This document shows, piece after piece, positions 1 to 8,340 of a stretch of 64,000 nt of DNA. The stretch's first letter is position 1. Each line of letters opens with the position of its first letter. Location of the stretch: assembly GCA_963700635.1 (NCBI GenBank), contig CAVOYH010000006.1:118013-182012 (forward strand), written 5' to 3'. The notes below the pieces were generated by a model. The model saw only the letters and a program-made list of their open reading frames with translations. It was not told where the DNA came from and searched no databases. Source of the stretch: an uncultured Bacteroidota bacterium (lineage in GTDB: Bacteria > Bacteroidota > Ignavibacteria > UBA10030 > UBA6906). The position numbers and the translations under genes are program-made.

Positions 1-207
1 GGATTTCTCAATCCTCCAGATTAGTACGTACGCCGGCGTGGGGGCCCTGTTAGGGTTGCAGCGGCGGTTGTTAGGATAGAACAGTGTACATATAAGGGGA
101 ACCACGGGGCGACGGCAGGCACGACGGTTCCTTGTCGAGCCGGCACGAAAGGTGCGGTACTCCGCAGGCATGATGTTCCGGCTGGACCGCGTGTCGCACC
201 TGCAACG

Positions 208-594
208 TCAGGCACGAACACGATCAACAAATGCCCGAACACCCTTAAAGACCGCCGACACAATCCCGACGGTTTCGAGAATCGGACCTTCAATCCGTTC
301 CTGCACTCTGCGCTCGAGGTCCACCACATTGTCAGCGATCATCTTGATCGATCCGATGGACTCCCGGACTGCGGCCACCTGGTCGTCAATGCTGTCGGTA
401 ATGCCTTTTACACGTGAAGTAATATACTCCATGTTCTCAAGGACGGGCACAGCGCGTGTCGCAATATCTTTGACGTCCTTCTCAACATTGACCATGATGT
501 CCCGGACGCGAAGCAGGACGACGATCATGTAGATACAGAGTGCAGAGAGACAGAGCAGAGCAACGATTTGAGCGATAACTAGGACGAGTTCCAC
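208..594 (-). CDS. DUF948/YtxG-like membrane-anchored coiled-coil protein
   Basis: N-terminal hydrophobic helix then heptad-rich region; GTG start preceded by AAGGAGG; directly downstream of a YtxH-like gene. Confidence 0.65.
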   Translation of the reverse strand: MELVLVIAQIVALLCLSALCIYMIVVLLRVRDIMVNVEKDVKDIATRAVPVLENMEYITSRVKGITDSIDDQVAAVRESIGSIKMIADNVVDLERRVQERIEGPILETVGIVSAVFKGVRAFVDRVRA

Positions 595-624
595 AAACGC
601 CTCCTTGTACGCGATCGGGATCGT

Positions 625-1020
625 TTACGAGCGACGACGCTCTTCTTTGAACGCATCCATGCCGGCTTTTACGGCGCTCTTCACCTTTGCACCTTCTTCT
701 GCAAGGGAAGCGGACTTCTGCCGCGCGCCGGTCAGGACTTTTTCGGCGTCCACGAGCAGGGTGTCGGCCTTCCGTTTTGCATCGGTGATAAGGCTGTCCG
801 AGCGCTTTTTTGCCTCGCTGACAAGATCACCGGCCTTGGTACGCACCGTCGACAGATATTCTTCGGCATCGTCACGAAACTCATCAGCGCGATCCTTGAT
901 CTCGGCCCGTAACTCACGACCGCTCTTGGGCGCATACAATAGTGCAACAATGGCGCCGACAGCTCCGCCGGCAAGGAGCCCGATCACCAGGCCTTTTAAC
1001 ATTCCTTCGTTTTTGGTCAT
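625..1020 (-). CDS. YtxH domain protein
   Basis: Motif GLLAGGAVGAIVALLYAPKSGRELR followed by a charged helical tail; start set at MTKNEG. Confidence 0.85.
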   Translation of the reverse strand: MTKNEGMLKGLVIGLLAGGAVGAIVALLYAPKSGRELRAEIKDRADEFRDDAEEYLSTVRTKAGDLVSEAKKRSDSLITDAKRKADTLLVDAEKVLTGARQKSASLAEEGAKVKSAVKAGMDAFKEERRRS

Positions 1021-1068
1021 GGCGTGCCTCATCTTCTTCGTGAATCGTATACAGGGGGGTGGACATGT

Positions 1069-1097
1069 AATATACCACAATCCACCTAAGAATGCAA
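1069..1097 (-). promoter_or_regulatory. sigma70-type promoter for ytxH-ytxG-like genes
   Basis: Minus strand TTGCAT-N17-TATATT. Confidence 0.6.
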
Positions 1098-1224
1098 CGT
1101 GCTCCGTGCCAGTACGTCACGGGATACTTCATTTCCGCAGGAAGTCGCAGCATGGAGGACCAAATGAACCACTCCATACTGCACACTTCCACGATCGTTC
1201 CCGTAGGGCTGGCGCCCGGAACAT

Positions 1225-1320
1225 CTACCGGATCTTCTTCTTGTGACGCATTTTTCTAAGGCGCTTCTTGCGCTTGTGCGTCGCCATCTTGTGACGCTTG
1301 CGCTTCTTACCACAAGGCAT
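1225..1320 (-). CDS. 30S ribosomal protein bS22 (AURKAIP1/COX24 domain), 31 aa
   Basis: Read by hand, below the ORF-track cutoff: MPCGKKRKRHKMATHKRKKRLRKMRHKKKIR; SD AGGAGGAGGT immediately upstream. Confidence 0.9.
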   Translation of the reverse strand: MPCGKKRKRHKMATHKRKKRLRKMRHKKKIR

Positions 1321-1339
1321 ACCTCCTCCTTTCTGTTCT

Positions 1340-1894
1340 CTAAGGATTAAATGAATGCTGTTCCAGAAGTTGTTGAGCCCGTTTACCGAGTTCCGACGCG
1401 GAATTCATCGCGACGGCCTTGCGAAACCATCTGTTTGAGGCTTCCAGATCACCGTTCCGCAGATGCACAACACCGAGGTTAAACGCGGACGGTTGATGGG
1501 TCGGAGCATTCCGGATTGCCGTTTCCATTTCTGTAATGGCAAGGGAAAAGAACCGGCCCGGATTTACCGTGTCGGCCAGTCCCAGCTCGAAATAACAGAC
1601 CCCCATATCCACACGGGCATCAGGATCGTTGGGTTGCAGCTGCAGATAGGTTTTGTACGTCTCCACCGCCCGCATAAACAATCCGTTGTCGTGCTGCGCG
1701 TTGGCAAGACTCAGCAGAGCGGCACGGTTTTTCGGATCAGCCGTCACGGCAGCCTCCAGCGGGACCAGGTCAGTCATCGGTGGGGGCTGAAGCTGGGGCT
1801 GGGGCATGCCCGCCGGAGGAGCCGCAGATGCCACGGCCGGCACGTGATCCCGGGAGAGTTCGACATACAACAGCACCGCGACAAGAGCACTCAC
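1340..1894 (-). CDS. Membrane-anchored TPR protein (probable C-terminal part of a frameshifted Zn-ribbon-TM-TPR gene)
   Basis: TPR motifs (LLSLANAQHD, ARVDMGVCYF, AFNLGVVHL); the frame stays open upstream through KFEPWQVLSVVAVSALVAVLLY. Confidence 0.75.
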   Translation of the reverse strand: MSALVAVLLYVELSRDHVPAVASAAPPAGMPQPQLQPPPMTDLVPLEAAVTADPKNRAALLSLANAQHDNGLFMRAVETYKTYLQLQPNDPDARVDMGVCYFELGLADTVNPGRFFSLAITEMETAIRNAPTHQPSAFNLGVVHLRNGDLEASNRWFRKAVAMNSASELGKRAQQLLEQHSFNP

Positions 1895-2184
1895 AGCAAC
1901 GACGGAAAGAACCTGCCAGGGCTCGAATTTCCCCGGTTTGCGCGACCGTTCTGTTTCTGCTTCACCCTTGCCGGTTGACTCTTTTCCACGGGTTTCCCAC
2001 CTGCGAGCCGTGCTCCACAGCCGGAACAGGTTGCTGCACCGGCGGGGTTAGACTGTCCGCACACGTCGCACGCCCTCGCTTCCGGGTGTTCCCAGGTTAA
2101 CGCTTCGCCGCAGGAAGGACACCGTTTCGCACCCCATGCCACAGCCGCGTCACACGCACCGCAGATTGTTTTTACTTCCGCCAT
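1891..2184 (-). CDS. Double zinc-ribbon domain (probable N-terminal part of the same gene)
   Basis: Four CxxC motifs: CGAC, CPSC, CDVC, CSGC. Confidence 0.7.
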   Translation of the reverse strand: MAEVKTICGACDAAVAWGAKRCPSCGEALTWEHPEARACDVCGQSNPAGAATCSGCGARLAGGKPVEKSQPARVKQKQNGRANRGNSSPGRFFPSLL

Positions 2185-2196
2185 CGCCGCCGTCCC

Positions 2197-2496
2197 TTAT
2201 GGTTGCACCATCTTCTTCATATTCTCATTCACCAGAGTTTTTACTTCCTTGGAGACCTTAAACAGCGGCACCCAGTGTTCATCGACCATCACCTGTTCAC
2301 CGGTGCGCGGGTTACGCGCAACGCGCCCTTTCCGCTTCTTGACTTTGTAACTTCCGAATCCGCGAATCTCAATGTTCTTCCCATCCTTCAGCGCATTGAT
2401 GACCGTGGAAATAAACCCGTCGACGACTGCTTCGGTTTCTACCTTGGTCAAACCGGTCGCAGTGGCAATCGTGTCAACTATATCCGCCTTTGTCAC
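2197..2496 (-). CDS. hup: HU/IHF family DNA-binding protein
   Basis: MTKADIV...IEIRGFGSY...GRVARNPRTGE signature. Confidence 0.92.
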   Translation of the reverse strand: MTKADIVDTIATATGLTKVETEAVVDGFISTVINALKDGKNIEIRGFGSYKVKKRKGRVARNPRTGEQVMVDEHWVPLFKVSKEVKTLVNENMKKMVQP

Positions 2497-2544
2497 CGTC
2501 GGTCCTCCTGAAGTGTGTGGTGTTCGTCACTGTGCTGCACGTGG

Positions 2545-3453
2545 TTACCGCGCCCCGGTAAAGCGGAATGACATAACCGGCCTGTCCAGCAGTTCTTCAG
2601 ACACGGCACGAAGTTCTTCTCTGACATCACTCATCATGGTCTCCCACAAGGTCCGGCGCACGCGCTCGCGCACGAGTGACGGTTCACCTTCAATCCCGGC
2701 CAGTCCGGCCGCGATTCGTACGGCATCCTCGTATGTCCCGATCGTGTCAACCAGACCCAGCGTGACAGCCTGCTCGCCGGTGAACACTCGGCCATCGGCC
2801 AGAGAGAGAACCTCCAGAGAGTCAAGCGCACGCTCTTTCTGGACCACCTGCTTGAATTGACGGTGCACGTCATCCATGAGCGTCTGGAAATACCGCTCGT
2901 CCGCTTCAGTCATACGGCGCGTCGAGGAGCCGGCATCTTTGCGTTTTCCTGATTTGATGGTTTTGACATCCACCCCGACCTTGCCGAGAAGTTCCTGCAG
3001 CTGCAGGAATTCCGCAATGACGCCGATGCTGCCGGTGAGCGTGCCCCGGTTTGCCACCAGGCGTGAGCCCCCGCAGGCCACATAGTACCCCCCGCTGGCT
3101 GCAAGGGATCCCATCGACACAACCACCGGCTTGCCGCTTTCCCGGACCTTCCTCACCTCTTCGTATATTTCCTGGCTCGCAACGACGCCCCCCCCGGGGG
3201 AATCAACACGCAGCAGAATAGCCCGTATCGAAGACTGATCGTGGTACTTCTTTAACTGGCGCACAACGTCCTCGGACGAGGTAATAACCCCCTTGAGTTC
3301 CACGATTGCGATTTTGTCACCTGACCCGCCTGTCACGGTGTCAGTTCTCTGACCGGCATTCTTCACAAACGAGATCAAAACCACGGTAAACAGGATGCCA
3401 ATGGCCGCGAGAATGCCCAGAATTGCAAGAAACCACTTGGTAGACTTCGACAT
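2545..3453 (-). CDS. sppA: Signal peptide peptidase SppA, short S49 form
   Basis: LRVDSPGG, SMGSLAASGGYY, TGSIGV motifs; N-terminal TM; start set at MSKSTKW. Confidence 0.93.
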   Translation of the reverse strand: MSKSTKWFLAILGILAAIGILFTVVLISFVKNAGQRTDTVTGGSGDKIAIVELKGVITSSEDVVRQLKKYHDQSSIRAILLRVDSPGGGVVASQEIYEEVRKVRESGKPVVVSMGSLAASGGYYVACGGSRLVANRGTLTGSIGVIAEFLQLQELLGKVGVDVKTIKSGKRKDAGSSTRRMTEADERYFQTLMDDVHRQFKQVVQKERALDSLEVLSLADGRVFTGEQAVTLGLVDTIGTYEDAVRIAAGLAGIEGEPSLVRERVRRTLWETMMSDVREELRAVSEELLDRPVMSFRFTGAR

Positions 3454-3496
3454 AAGCCGGGTTCCGACGAAAGGCTGTAAGTTATTGATATACAAT

Positions 3497-3525
3497 ATAA
3501 TAATAAAACCCCGTGAAATTGTCAA
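3497..3525 (-). promoter_or_regulatory. sigma70-type promoter for sppA-hup operon
   Basis: Minus strand TTGACA-N17-TATTAT. Confidence 0.7.
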
Positions 3526-3539
3526 CCACCGGCTGCAAA

Positions 3540-3570
3540 GCAAAAAACCCGCCGGAGGCGGGCTTCTTGC
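3540..3570 (-). terminator. Rho-independent terminator of the hsp20 operon
   Basis: Minus strand CCCGCC-TCC-GGCGGG hairpin followed by TTTTTT. Confidence 0.8.
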
Positions 3571-3606
3571 ATCAAAGCGTTTCGGGAGCTGTCCCGGGGT
3601 CCCACA

Positions 3607-3663
3607 CTATTTCACCGTTACTGTAATCTCCTTCGCTTTGACCTCTTCCGATTTTGGAACGAC
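3607..3663 (-). pseudogene. 3' remnant of a third Hsp20 gene
   Basis: Reads VVPKSEEVKAKEITVTVK-stop, a typical sHSP C-terminus; no start codon, in-frame TGA upstream at 3688-3690. Confidence 0.65.
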
Positions 3664-3671
3664 GTCTGTTG

Positions 3672-3998
3672 TCAGTTGATAGAAATCTCACGTGGTTTAA
3701 GGATTTCATGCTTGTACAGCTTCACGGTGAGCACGCCTTTGTCATGGTGTGCATCGATGGATGTTGTGTCGATACCTTCTCCGATCCCAAACGATCGGGC
3801 AAAAGAAGCCGCCCTCACCCGTAGCTCGCCTTTGTTGAGGGTCAGCGTAATCGCTTCCTTCTCAACACCGGGCAGGTTCAGCATCAGGACATACGCATCG
3901 GCTGTTTCATATACATCAGCCGCCGGGACTCTGCACCGGACGCCGGCGGTATCCTCCGCGGGCTGTGTTCGTTGTACCGCTACATCTGATTTTGTCAT
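3672..3998 (-). CDS. Hsp20/alpha-crystallin family small heat-shock protein (short)
   Basis: PAADVYET...LPGV...FARSF...GVLTVKL..KPREISI; SD AGGAG. Confidence 0.85.
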   Translation of the reverse strand: MTKSDVAVQRTQPAEDTAGVRCRVPAADVYETADAYVLMLNLPGVEKEAITLTLNKGELRVRAASFARSFGIGEGIDTTSIDAHHDKGVLTVKLYKHEILKPREISIN

Positions 3999-4013
3999 GG
4001 TCAAATCTCCTGT

Positions 4014-4460
4014 TTAACGGATTGAAATTTCACGTGGACGAACTGCTTCTGCCTTCGGCAGTACAACATGCAGCAGACCGTTCTTCAGCTCGGCGCGTAT
4101 TGCCTGCGGATCCACGGCGTGTGGAAGTTCAACAGTGCGCACAAATTTTCCGGTCACACTCTCCGAGCGGATCCAGTGTGCGCCATCGGGAAGTCCGTGA
4201 GGCTTACGCTCGCCCGTCACCGTCAGAAGTCCGTTCTCCAGTGAGATGGTAAGATCCTCTTTGTTCACTCCGGGCAGCTCAACGATCAGCTCACTCTGCG
4301 CTTCGCTCTCTGTGAGACTCACCCTCGGCGTCCGGCTGCCACTGGAAACAAATGCGGGCAGCGTAAAATCACCGAACACCTGATCCAGCTCCTTTTCGAG
4401 ATCCACACTGCTCGTCCACAACGGCTGGATAACGGGGAATCGATTAATTCGCATCAACAT
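4014..4460 (-). CDS. Hsp20/alpha-crystallin family small heat-shock protein
   Basis: VELPGV...LTVTGER...GKFVRTVELP...NGLLHVVLPK..RPREISI; SD GAGGAG. Confidence 0.92.
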   Translation of the reverse strand: MLMRINRFPVIQPLWTSSVDLEKELDQVFGDFTLPAFVSSGSRTPRVSLTESEAQSELIVELPGVNKEDLTISLENGLLTVTGERKPHGLPDGAHWIRSESVTGKFVRTVELPHAVDPQAIRAELKNGLLHVVLPKAEAVRPREISIR

Positions 4461-4516
4461 TGGTGTCTCTCCTCTTTTTGTTCTCTGAGTTGGTGTCTGT
4501 AGTTGTCCTCAGATAT

Positions 4517-4533
4517 CGCAACTCACATGCCAA
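4517..4533 (-). promoter_or_regulatory. sigma54 (-24/-12) promoter of the hsp20 operon
   Basis: Minus strand TTGGCATG-TGAG-TTGC matches TGGCAYR-N4-TTGC, about 55 bp upstream of the ATG. Confidence 0.8.
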
Positions 4534-4550
4534 TTTTGTAATCACTTATA

Positions 4551-4563
4551 AATCAATGGTTTA
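4551..4563 (+). promoter_or_regulatory. IHF-type binding site
   Basis: AATCAATGGTTTA matches WATCAANNNNTTR, between the sigma54 promoter and the upstream repeats. Confidence 0.65.
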
Positions 4564-4596
4564 GCAGATAAACCGGGAAATCGGTCGATTCATTGC

Positions 4597-4692
4597 TGCC
4601 AATTAGACAATATATATGCCATATAGGCATACAAACAATGTCCGGGTTACAATCAAAGAAGACATATTGGCGCATAATCAGTCATTATGGCG
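4597..4692. promoter_or_regulatory. Array of 13-bp imperfect palindromes, putative enhancer-binding-protein sites
   Basis: TGCCAATTAGACA (4597), TGCCATATAGGCA (4617), TGTCCGGGTTACA (4639, weak), AGACATATTGGCG (4660), AGTCATTATGGCG (4680). Confidence 0.65.
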
Positions 4693-4784
4693 TGCAATGA
4701 TTTTAGTTCGTTCCGTAAAGAGCTGTGACCTGGCAATCAATCCTGCGCCGGGATGAGAAAAACCGGCCACTTCTCTCCGGGCAC

Positions 4785-4826
4785 AAAAAGAAAAAGGGTG
4801 ACCGCAATGTCTGCAGTCACCCTTCT
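4785..4826 (-). terminator. Rho-independent terminator downstream of trxB
   Basis: Minus strand AAGGGTGAC...GTCACCCTT stem followed by a T-rich run. Confidence 0.7.
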
Positions 4827-4943
4827 GATTCCACTGGGTCGGTGAGTCATATTCATCTCCCCGTCCGGCCTTTCACGCGGCGCGACCGTGACATACCAGG
4901 ACGCCACACCAAGAGGTCTCAGAAACCTCTCAGCTTTACCACT

Positions 4944-5888
4944 TCAGTCGTGCTGACTCTCCAGCCACCGCTCTGCGTCCAGCGCTGCCTGGCAGCCCGT
5001 GCCGGCCGCGGTGATCGCCTGCCGATAAATGCTGTCAGAAACATCCCCCGCGGCAAACACTCCCGGAATATTCGTATACGTTGATTTGTCCGCGGTGATC
5101 AGATATCCCACCGGATCCATCTTCAGCTGCTCCTTAAAGAGGGATGTGTTTGGCTGATGCCCGATACCCATAAACACGCCGTCGGTCTTAAGAACTGACA
5201 CCGCACCCGTCTTCACGTTTTTCAGGCGGACGCCCGTCACGGTCTTTCGTCCGTTCTCCGTCTTTCCCACAATCTCTTCCACCACCGAGTTCCACACAAA
5301 TGTGATCTTTGGGTTCTTTGACGCTTTCTCCTGCATGATTTTTGACGCACGCAGGGCGTCGCGGCGGTGGATGATTCTCACTATCGAGGCAAACTTGGTA
5401 AGAAACGTCGCTTCCTCGATCGCCGTGTCCCCCCCGCCGACGACCACCACTTCCAATCCTTTGTAAAAAAAGCCGTCACATGTAGCGCACGCGGAAACTC
5501 CATAGCCCATATACTCTTTTTCCGACGGAAGCCCGAGGAGTTTCGCTGATGCACCGGTCGCAACAATCACTGCATCCGCCGTGTAAGCTTCTTCATCGCT
5601 CCAGAGGTGAAACGGCCGCCGGGAGAGATCAACTTTGCTGATATGTTTGAACACGGTTGTTGCACCGAACCGCTGCGCCTGAGCACGGAAATGCTCCATC
5701 AACTCCGGACCCATGATACCCTGGGGGAATCCTGGATAATTCTCCACTTCGGTGGTGATGGTAAGCTGCCCGCCCGGCTGAATACCCTCGAACACAACGG
5801 GACTCAGGCCGGCCCGTGCGCTATACAGAGCGGCCGTCAATCCGGCCGGCCCCGATCCGATAATAACCAACGTGTGATGTTGGGACAT
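4944..5888 (-). CDS. trxB: Thioredoxin-disulfide reductase
   Basis: IIGSGPAGLTAA, SACATCDG, GGGDTA, FAAGDV motifs; alternative start at 5900. Confidence 0.96.
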   Translation of the reverse strand: MSQHHTLVIIGSGPAGLTAALYSARAGLSPVVFEGIQPGGQLTITTEVENYPGFPQGIMGPELMEHFRAQAQRFGATTVFKHISKVDLSRRPFHLWSDEEAYTADAVIVATGASAKLLGLPSEKEYMGYGVSACATCDGFFYKGLEVVVVGGGDTAIEEATFLTKFASIVRIIHRRDALRASKIMQEKASKNPKITFVWNSVVEEIVGKTENGRKTVTGVRLKNVKTGAVSVLKTDGVFMGIGHQPNTSLFKEQLKMDPVGYLITADKSTYTNIPGVFAAGDVSDSIYRQAITAAGTGCQAALDAERWLESQHD

Positions 5889-5965
5889 ACGATTCTCCAT
5901 CTGGTTTGATGTCTGTTCGATGCGGGGACAGCCCTCCGCGGGTCACCCTTTCGCGGCCAGGACGA

Positions 5966-6883
5966 TCACGAGCTGATGTTTCGACGTAATCCTGCGGCAC
6001 CCGTCCGCAGTATCGGACTCCCGCGAAAGCGGGCTTTGAACTCTGCGTCATCCAAACCCGCCAGCGCATGTGTGTCGGGTGCGAGCAAACCTTCGCGCGG
6101 CGAAAATCCCGTCTCGGCGGTCGCTGTGCCGTGTTTTGTGTTCCAGGGACAGACGTCCTGACATATGTCACATCCGAAGATCCATCCTTCGAGCCGGTGC
6201 GCGAAGTCCCCGGGTAATGGCCCCCGGTGTTCGATGGTGAGATAGGAAATACAGCGTCGTGCATCCACGACGTACGGATCCACAATTGCTGCCGTGGGGC
6301 AGGCATCGATACACCGCGTGCAGCTCCCGCACCGGTCAAGTGCCGGGGCATCGGGCTCAAGATCCGCTGTTGTCAGGATCACGCCCAGGAACACCCAGGA
6401 GCCATGGGTCTGGGTGATCACGTTTGCATGTTTCCCGATCCACCCGATTCCCGCCCGTTGTGCCCAGGCTTTCTCCATGACGGGTCCCGTATCCACATAC
6501 CATCGCGAGTTGGACCCTGGTACCTCGCCAGCCAGCCAGCCCGCCACATCGCCCAATCGTGGTTCCAGCACGTCATGATAATCATCACCCCAGGCATACC
6601 GCGAGATGTACGACGAGCCGGGAGCGTGGGGGGCGGGCGTGTAGTAATTCATGGCAACGACGATCACCGAGCGCGCGCCGGGGAGGACACGCCCGGGGTC
6701 AGTACGTTCCTGCGCACGCCTGCCCATCCAGGTCATGGTCGCTGCATACCCGTTGCGGAGCCATGTCTCGAGATGGGCTCCTTCACGCTCAAGCTGTTCT
6801 GCGCGCGCGATCCCGACCCGTGTAAACCCGAGTGTGGAGCATCGCGCTTTCAGCTCCTGTGTAAGAGTATTCACGCTCGCCAT
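5966..6883 (-). CDS. queG: Epoxyqueuosine reductase (cobalamin, Fe-S)
   Basis: ISRYAWGDDYH, VDTGPVMEK, CGSCTRCIDACPT, FGCDICQDVCPWN. Confidence 0.93.
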   Translation of the reverse strand: MASVNTLTQELKARCSTLGFTRVGIARAEQLEREGAHLETWLRNGYAATMTWMGRRAQERTDPGRVLPGARSVIVVAMNYYTPAPHAPGSSYISRYAWGDDYHDVLEPRLGDVAGWLAGEVPGSNSRWYVDTGPVMEKAWAQRAGIGWIGKHANVITQTHGSWVFLGVILTTADLEPDAPALDRCGSCTRCIDACPTAAIVDPYVVDARRCISYLTIEHRGPLPGDFAHRLEGWIFGCDICQDVCPWNTKHGTATAETGFSPREGLLAPDTHALAGLDDAEFKARFRGSPILRTGAAGLRRNISS

Positions 6884-6935
6884 CATCCCTCCCGGGCAGA
6901 TGAATCCACACCAAGGCATTCCTTCATGGATCTGC

Positions 6936-7778
6936 TCAGACGGCGACCCGCTCGGCGAGGTGGTACCCTTTTGCCCCGAGCGTGATGTATGCCGCCTCAA
7001 TATCCGGATCGTGTTCAAAAAACAACACCCATCGTTCCTCGGCCGCACGTTTGAGAAGTGTCCTCTTTTCCTCGAGCGTGACCAGGGGACGCAGATCATA
7101 CCCCATAATCCAGGGGAGCTGCACATGGCTTCGTAGCGGAATGAGGTCGGCGCAATACAGAAGTGTTGTGGAACCGTCGGAAATCAGCGGGCATTGCAGA
7201 GCCGTTGTGTGACCAAACAGGGTAAGCAGGCGGATTCCCGAAAACACTTCTCCCTCTCCGTCGGTGAATTCCAGCTGACCGCGTTCCAGCAGGGGGAGAA
7301 ACTGTTCGCTGACAAAACTTGCCCGGTCCCGTTCGGTCGGCCGGGCTGCCGCATCCCACTGTGCCTTCTGTACATGGTACCGCGCGGCCGGAAACGTCGG
7401 CTGGAACACCCCATCCACACGGCGGGTGGCGCCGCCGGCATGATCAAAATGAAGATGTGTGAGAAGTACATCCGTCACGTCCTCCGGCGCCACGCCGTGT
7501 TGCCGGAGAGAGGTCAGTAGATTTGATGCCGTACTTTCAAACTTGAAAATTTCCTTCCGCTTCGGATCGTCGGTCTCTCCATTTCCCGTGTCCACCAGGA
7601 TGGTCCGGCCTTCCCCCCGGACCAGGAGAGCGCGGGCGGCCATGCGGATCCTGTTACGCCCGTCGGCGGGATGTTCCTTTTCCCACAACGGCTTCGGGAT
7701 AACACCGAACATGGCACCTCCATCGAGGGCGAAGGTTCCCGTTTCAATGCTCCTGACTTCATACGGTCCGATGTTCAT
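6936..7778 (-). CDS. MBL-fold metallo-hydrolase (YtnP-like)
   Basis: LDGGAMFG, THLHFDHAGG, GHT, FFEHD. Confidence 0.9.
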   Translation of the reverse strand: MNIGPYEVRSIETGTFALDGGAMFGVIPKPLWEKEHPADGRNRIRMAARALLVRGEGRTILVDTGNGETDDPKRKEIFKFESTASNLLTSLRQHGVAPEDVTDVLLTHLHFDHAGGATRRVDGVFQPTFPAARYHVQKAQWDAAARPTERDRASFVSEQFLPLLERGQLEFTDGEGEVFSGIRLLTLFGHTTALQCPLISDGSTTLLYCADLIPLRSHVQLPWIMGYDLRPLVTLEEKRTLLKRAAEERWVLFFEHDPDIEAAYITLGAKGYHLAERVAV

Positions 7779-7804
7779 ACCGGTCTCCCTGGTCTTTTCC
7801 CCTA

Positions 7805-7862
7805 CAAAAAAAACAAAGGTCGGTTCCACCTTCCGTATGCCGGACGGGTGAAAACCGACCTT
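7805..7862 (-). terminator. Probable terminator after the ferredoxin gene
   Basis: Long stem AAGGTCGGTT...AACCGACCTT followed on the minus strand by a T8 run. Confidence 0.65.
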
Positions 7863-7890
7863 ACCCTTTCAGCGGATACTCCGCGAAGGT

Positions 7891-8232
7891 CTAGCCCTTG
7901 CGGAAACGAGACGTTGCCGGGCCCAATTCTGCGAACTCCTTCGTCGGGTGAATCTGTTTCGCCCGTTCCAGCAGAACTTCTTCTGACTCCGGACGTTCAG
8001 GATCGGGGATGCAGCAATCCACCGGACATACTGCCGCACATTGCTCCTGGTCGAAATGACCAACACATTCCGTACACTTTTCGGGAACAATGTAGTAAAA
8101 ATCGTTTGACAGAGCTTCAAACATCTGACCGTTGAATTCATACTGCACGCCGCCGGCATAAATGGCCGTATTGGGGCATTCTGGCTCGCAAGCGCCACAG
8201 TTGATGCATTCTTCGGTAATCATCGTTGCCAT
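7891..8232 (-). CDS. 2[4Fe-4S] ferredoxin, YfhL/Alvin-type
   Basis: CINCGACEPECP and CTEC-x8-CAAVCP cluster motifs with C-terminal helix. Confidence 0.92.
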   Translation of the reverse strand: MATMITEECINCGACEPECPNTAIYAGGVQYEFNGQMFEALSNDFYYIVPEKCTECVGHFDQEQCAAVCPVDCCIPDPERPESEEVLLERAKQIHPTKEFAELGPATSRFRKG

Positions 8233-8288
8233 GAGAATCTTCCTCCGTTTTTGATCTTATCTATCCATACACCATCTGGAGTAACCCT

Positions 8289-8317
8289 AACGTAACCAAA
8301 ACAACCCGTAATTGCAA
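8289..8317 (-). promoter_or_regulatory. Possible sigma70 promoter for the ferredoxin gene
   Basis: Minus strand TTGCAA-N17-TACGTT. Confidence 0.45.
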
Positions 8318-8340
8318 TAACCGGAAGGGTCAGATCCCCC

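Noticed and set aside
1-207. Possible stems (AGGTGCG/CGCACCT) and ORF 21-329 near the window start
   Set aside because: Short pairings expected by chance; no known RNA motif; downstream context is cut off
4597-4692. Periodic repeats as a mini-CRISPR array
   Set aside because: Units are 13 bp with 7-9 bp gaps, far too short, and no cas genes are present
4720-4943. Possible small ORF or RNA downstream of trxB
   Set aside because: The candidate frame runs through the terminator hairpin and has no recognisable features
5940-5990. Abrupt QueG C-terminus (LRRNISS-stop), possible frameshift or TGA readthrough
   Set aside because: All catalytic motifs are present; no SECIS-like or other support for extension
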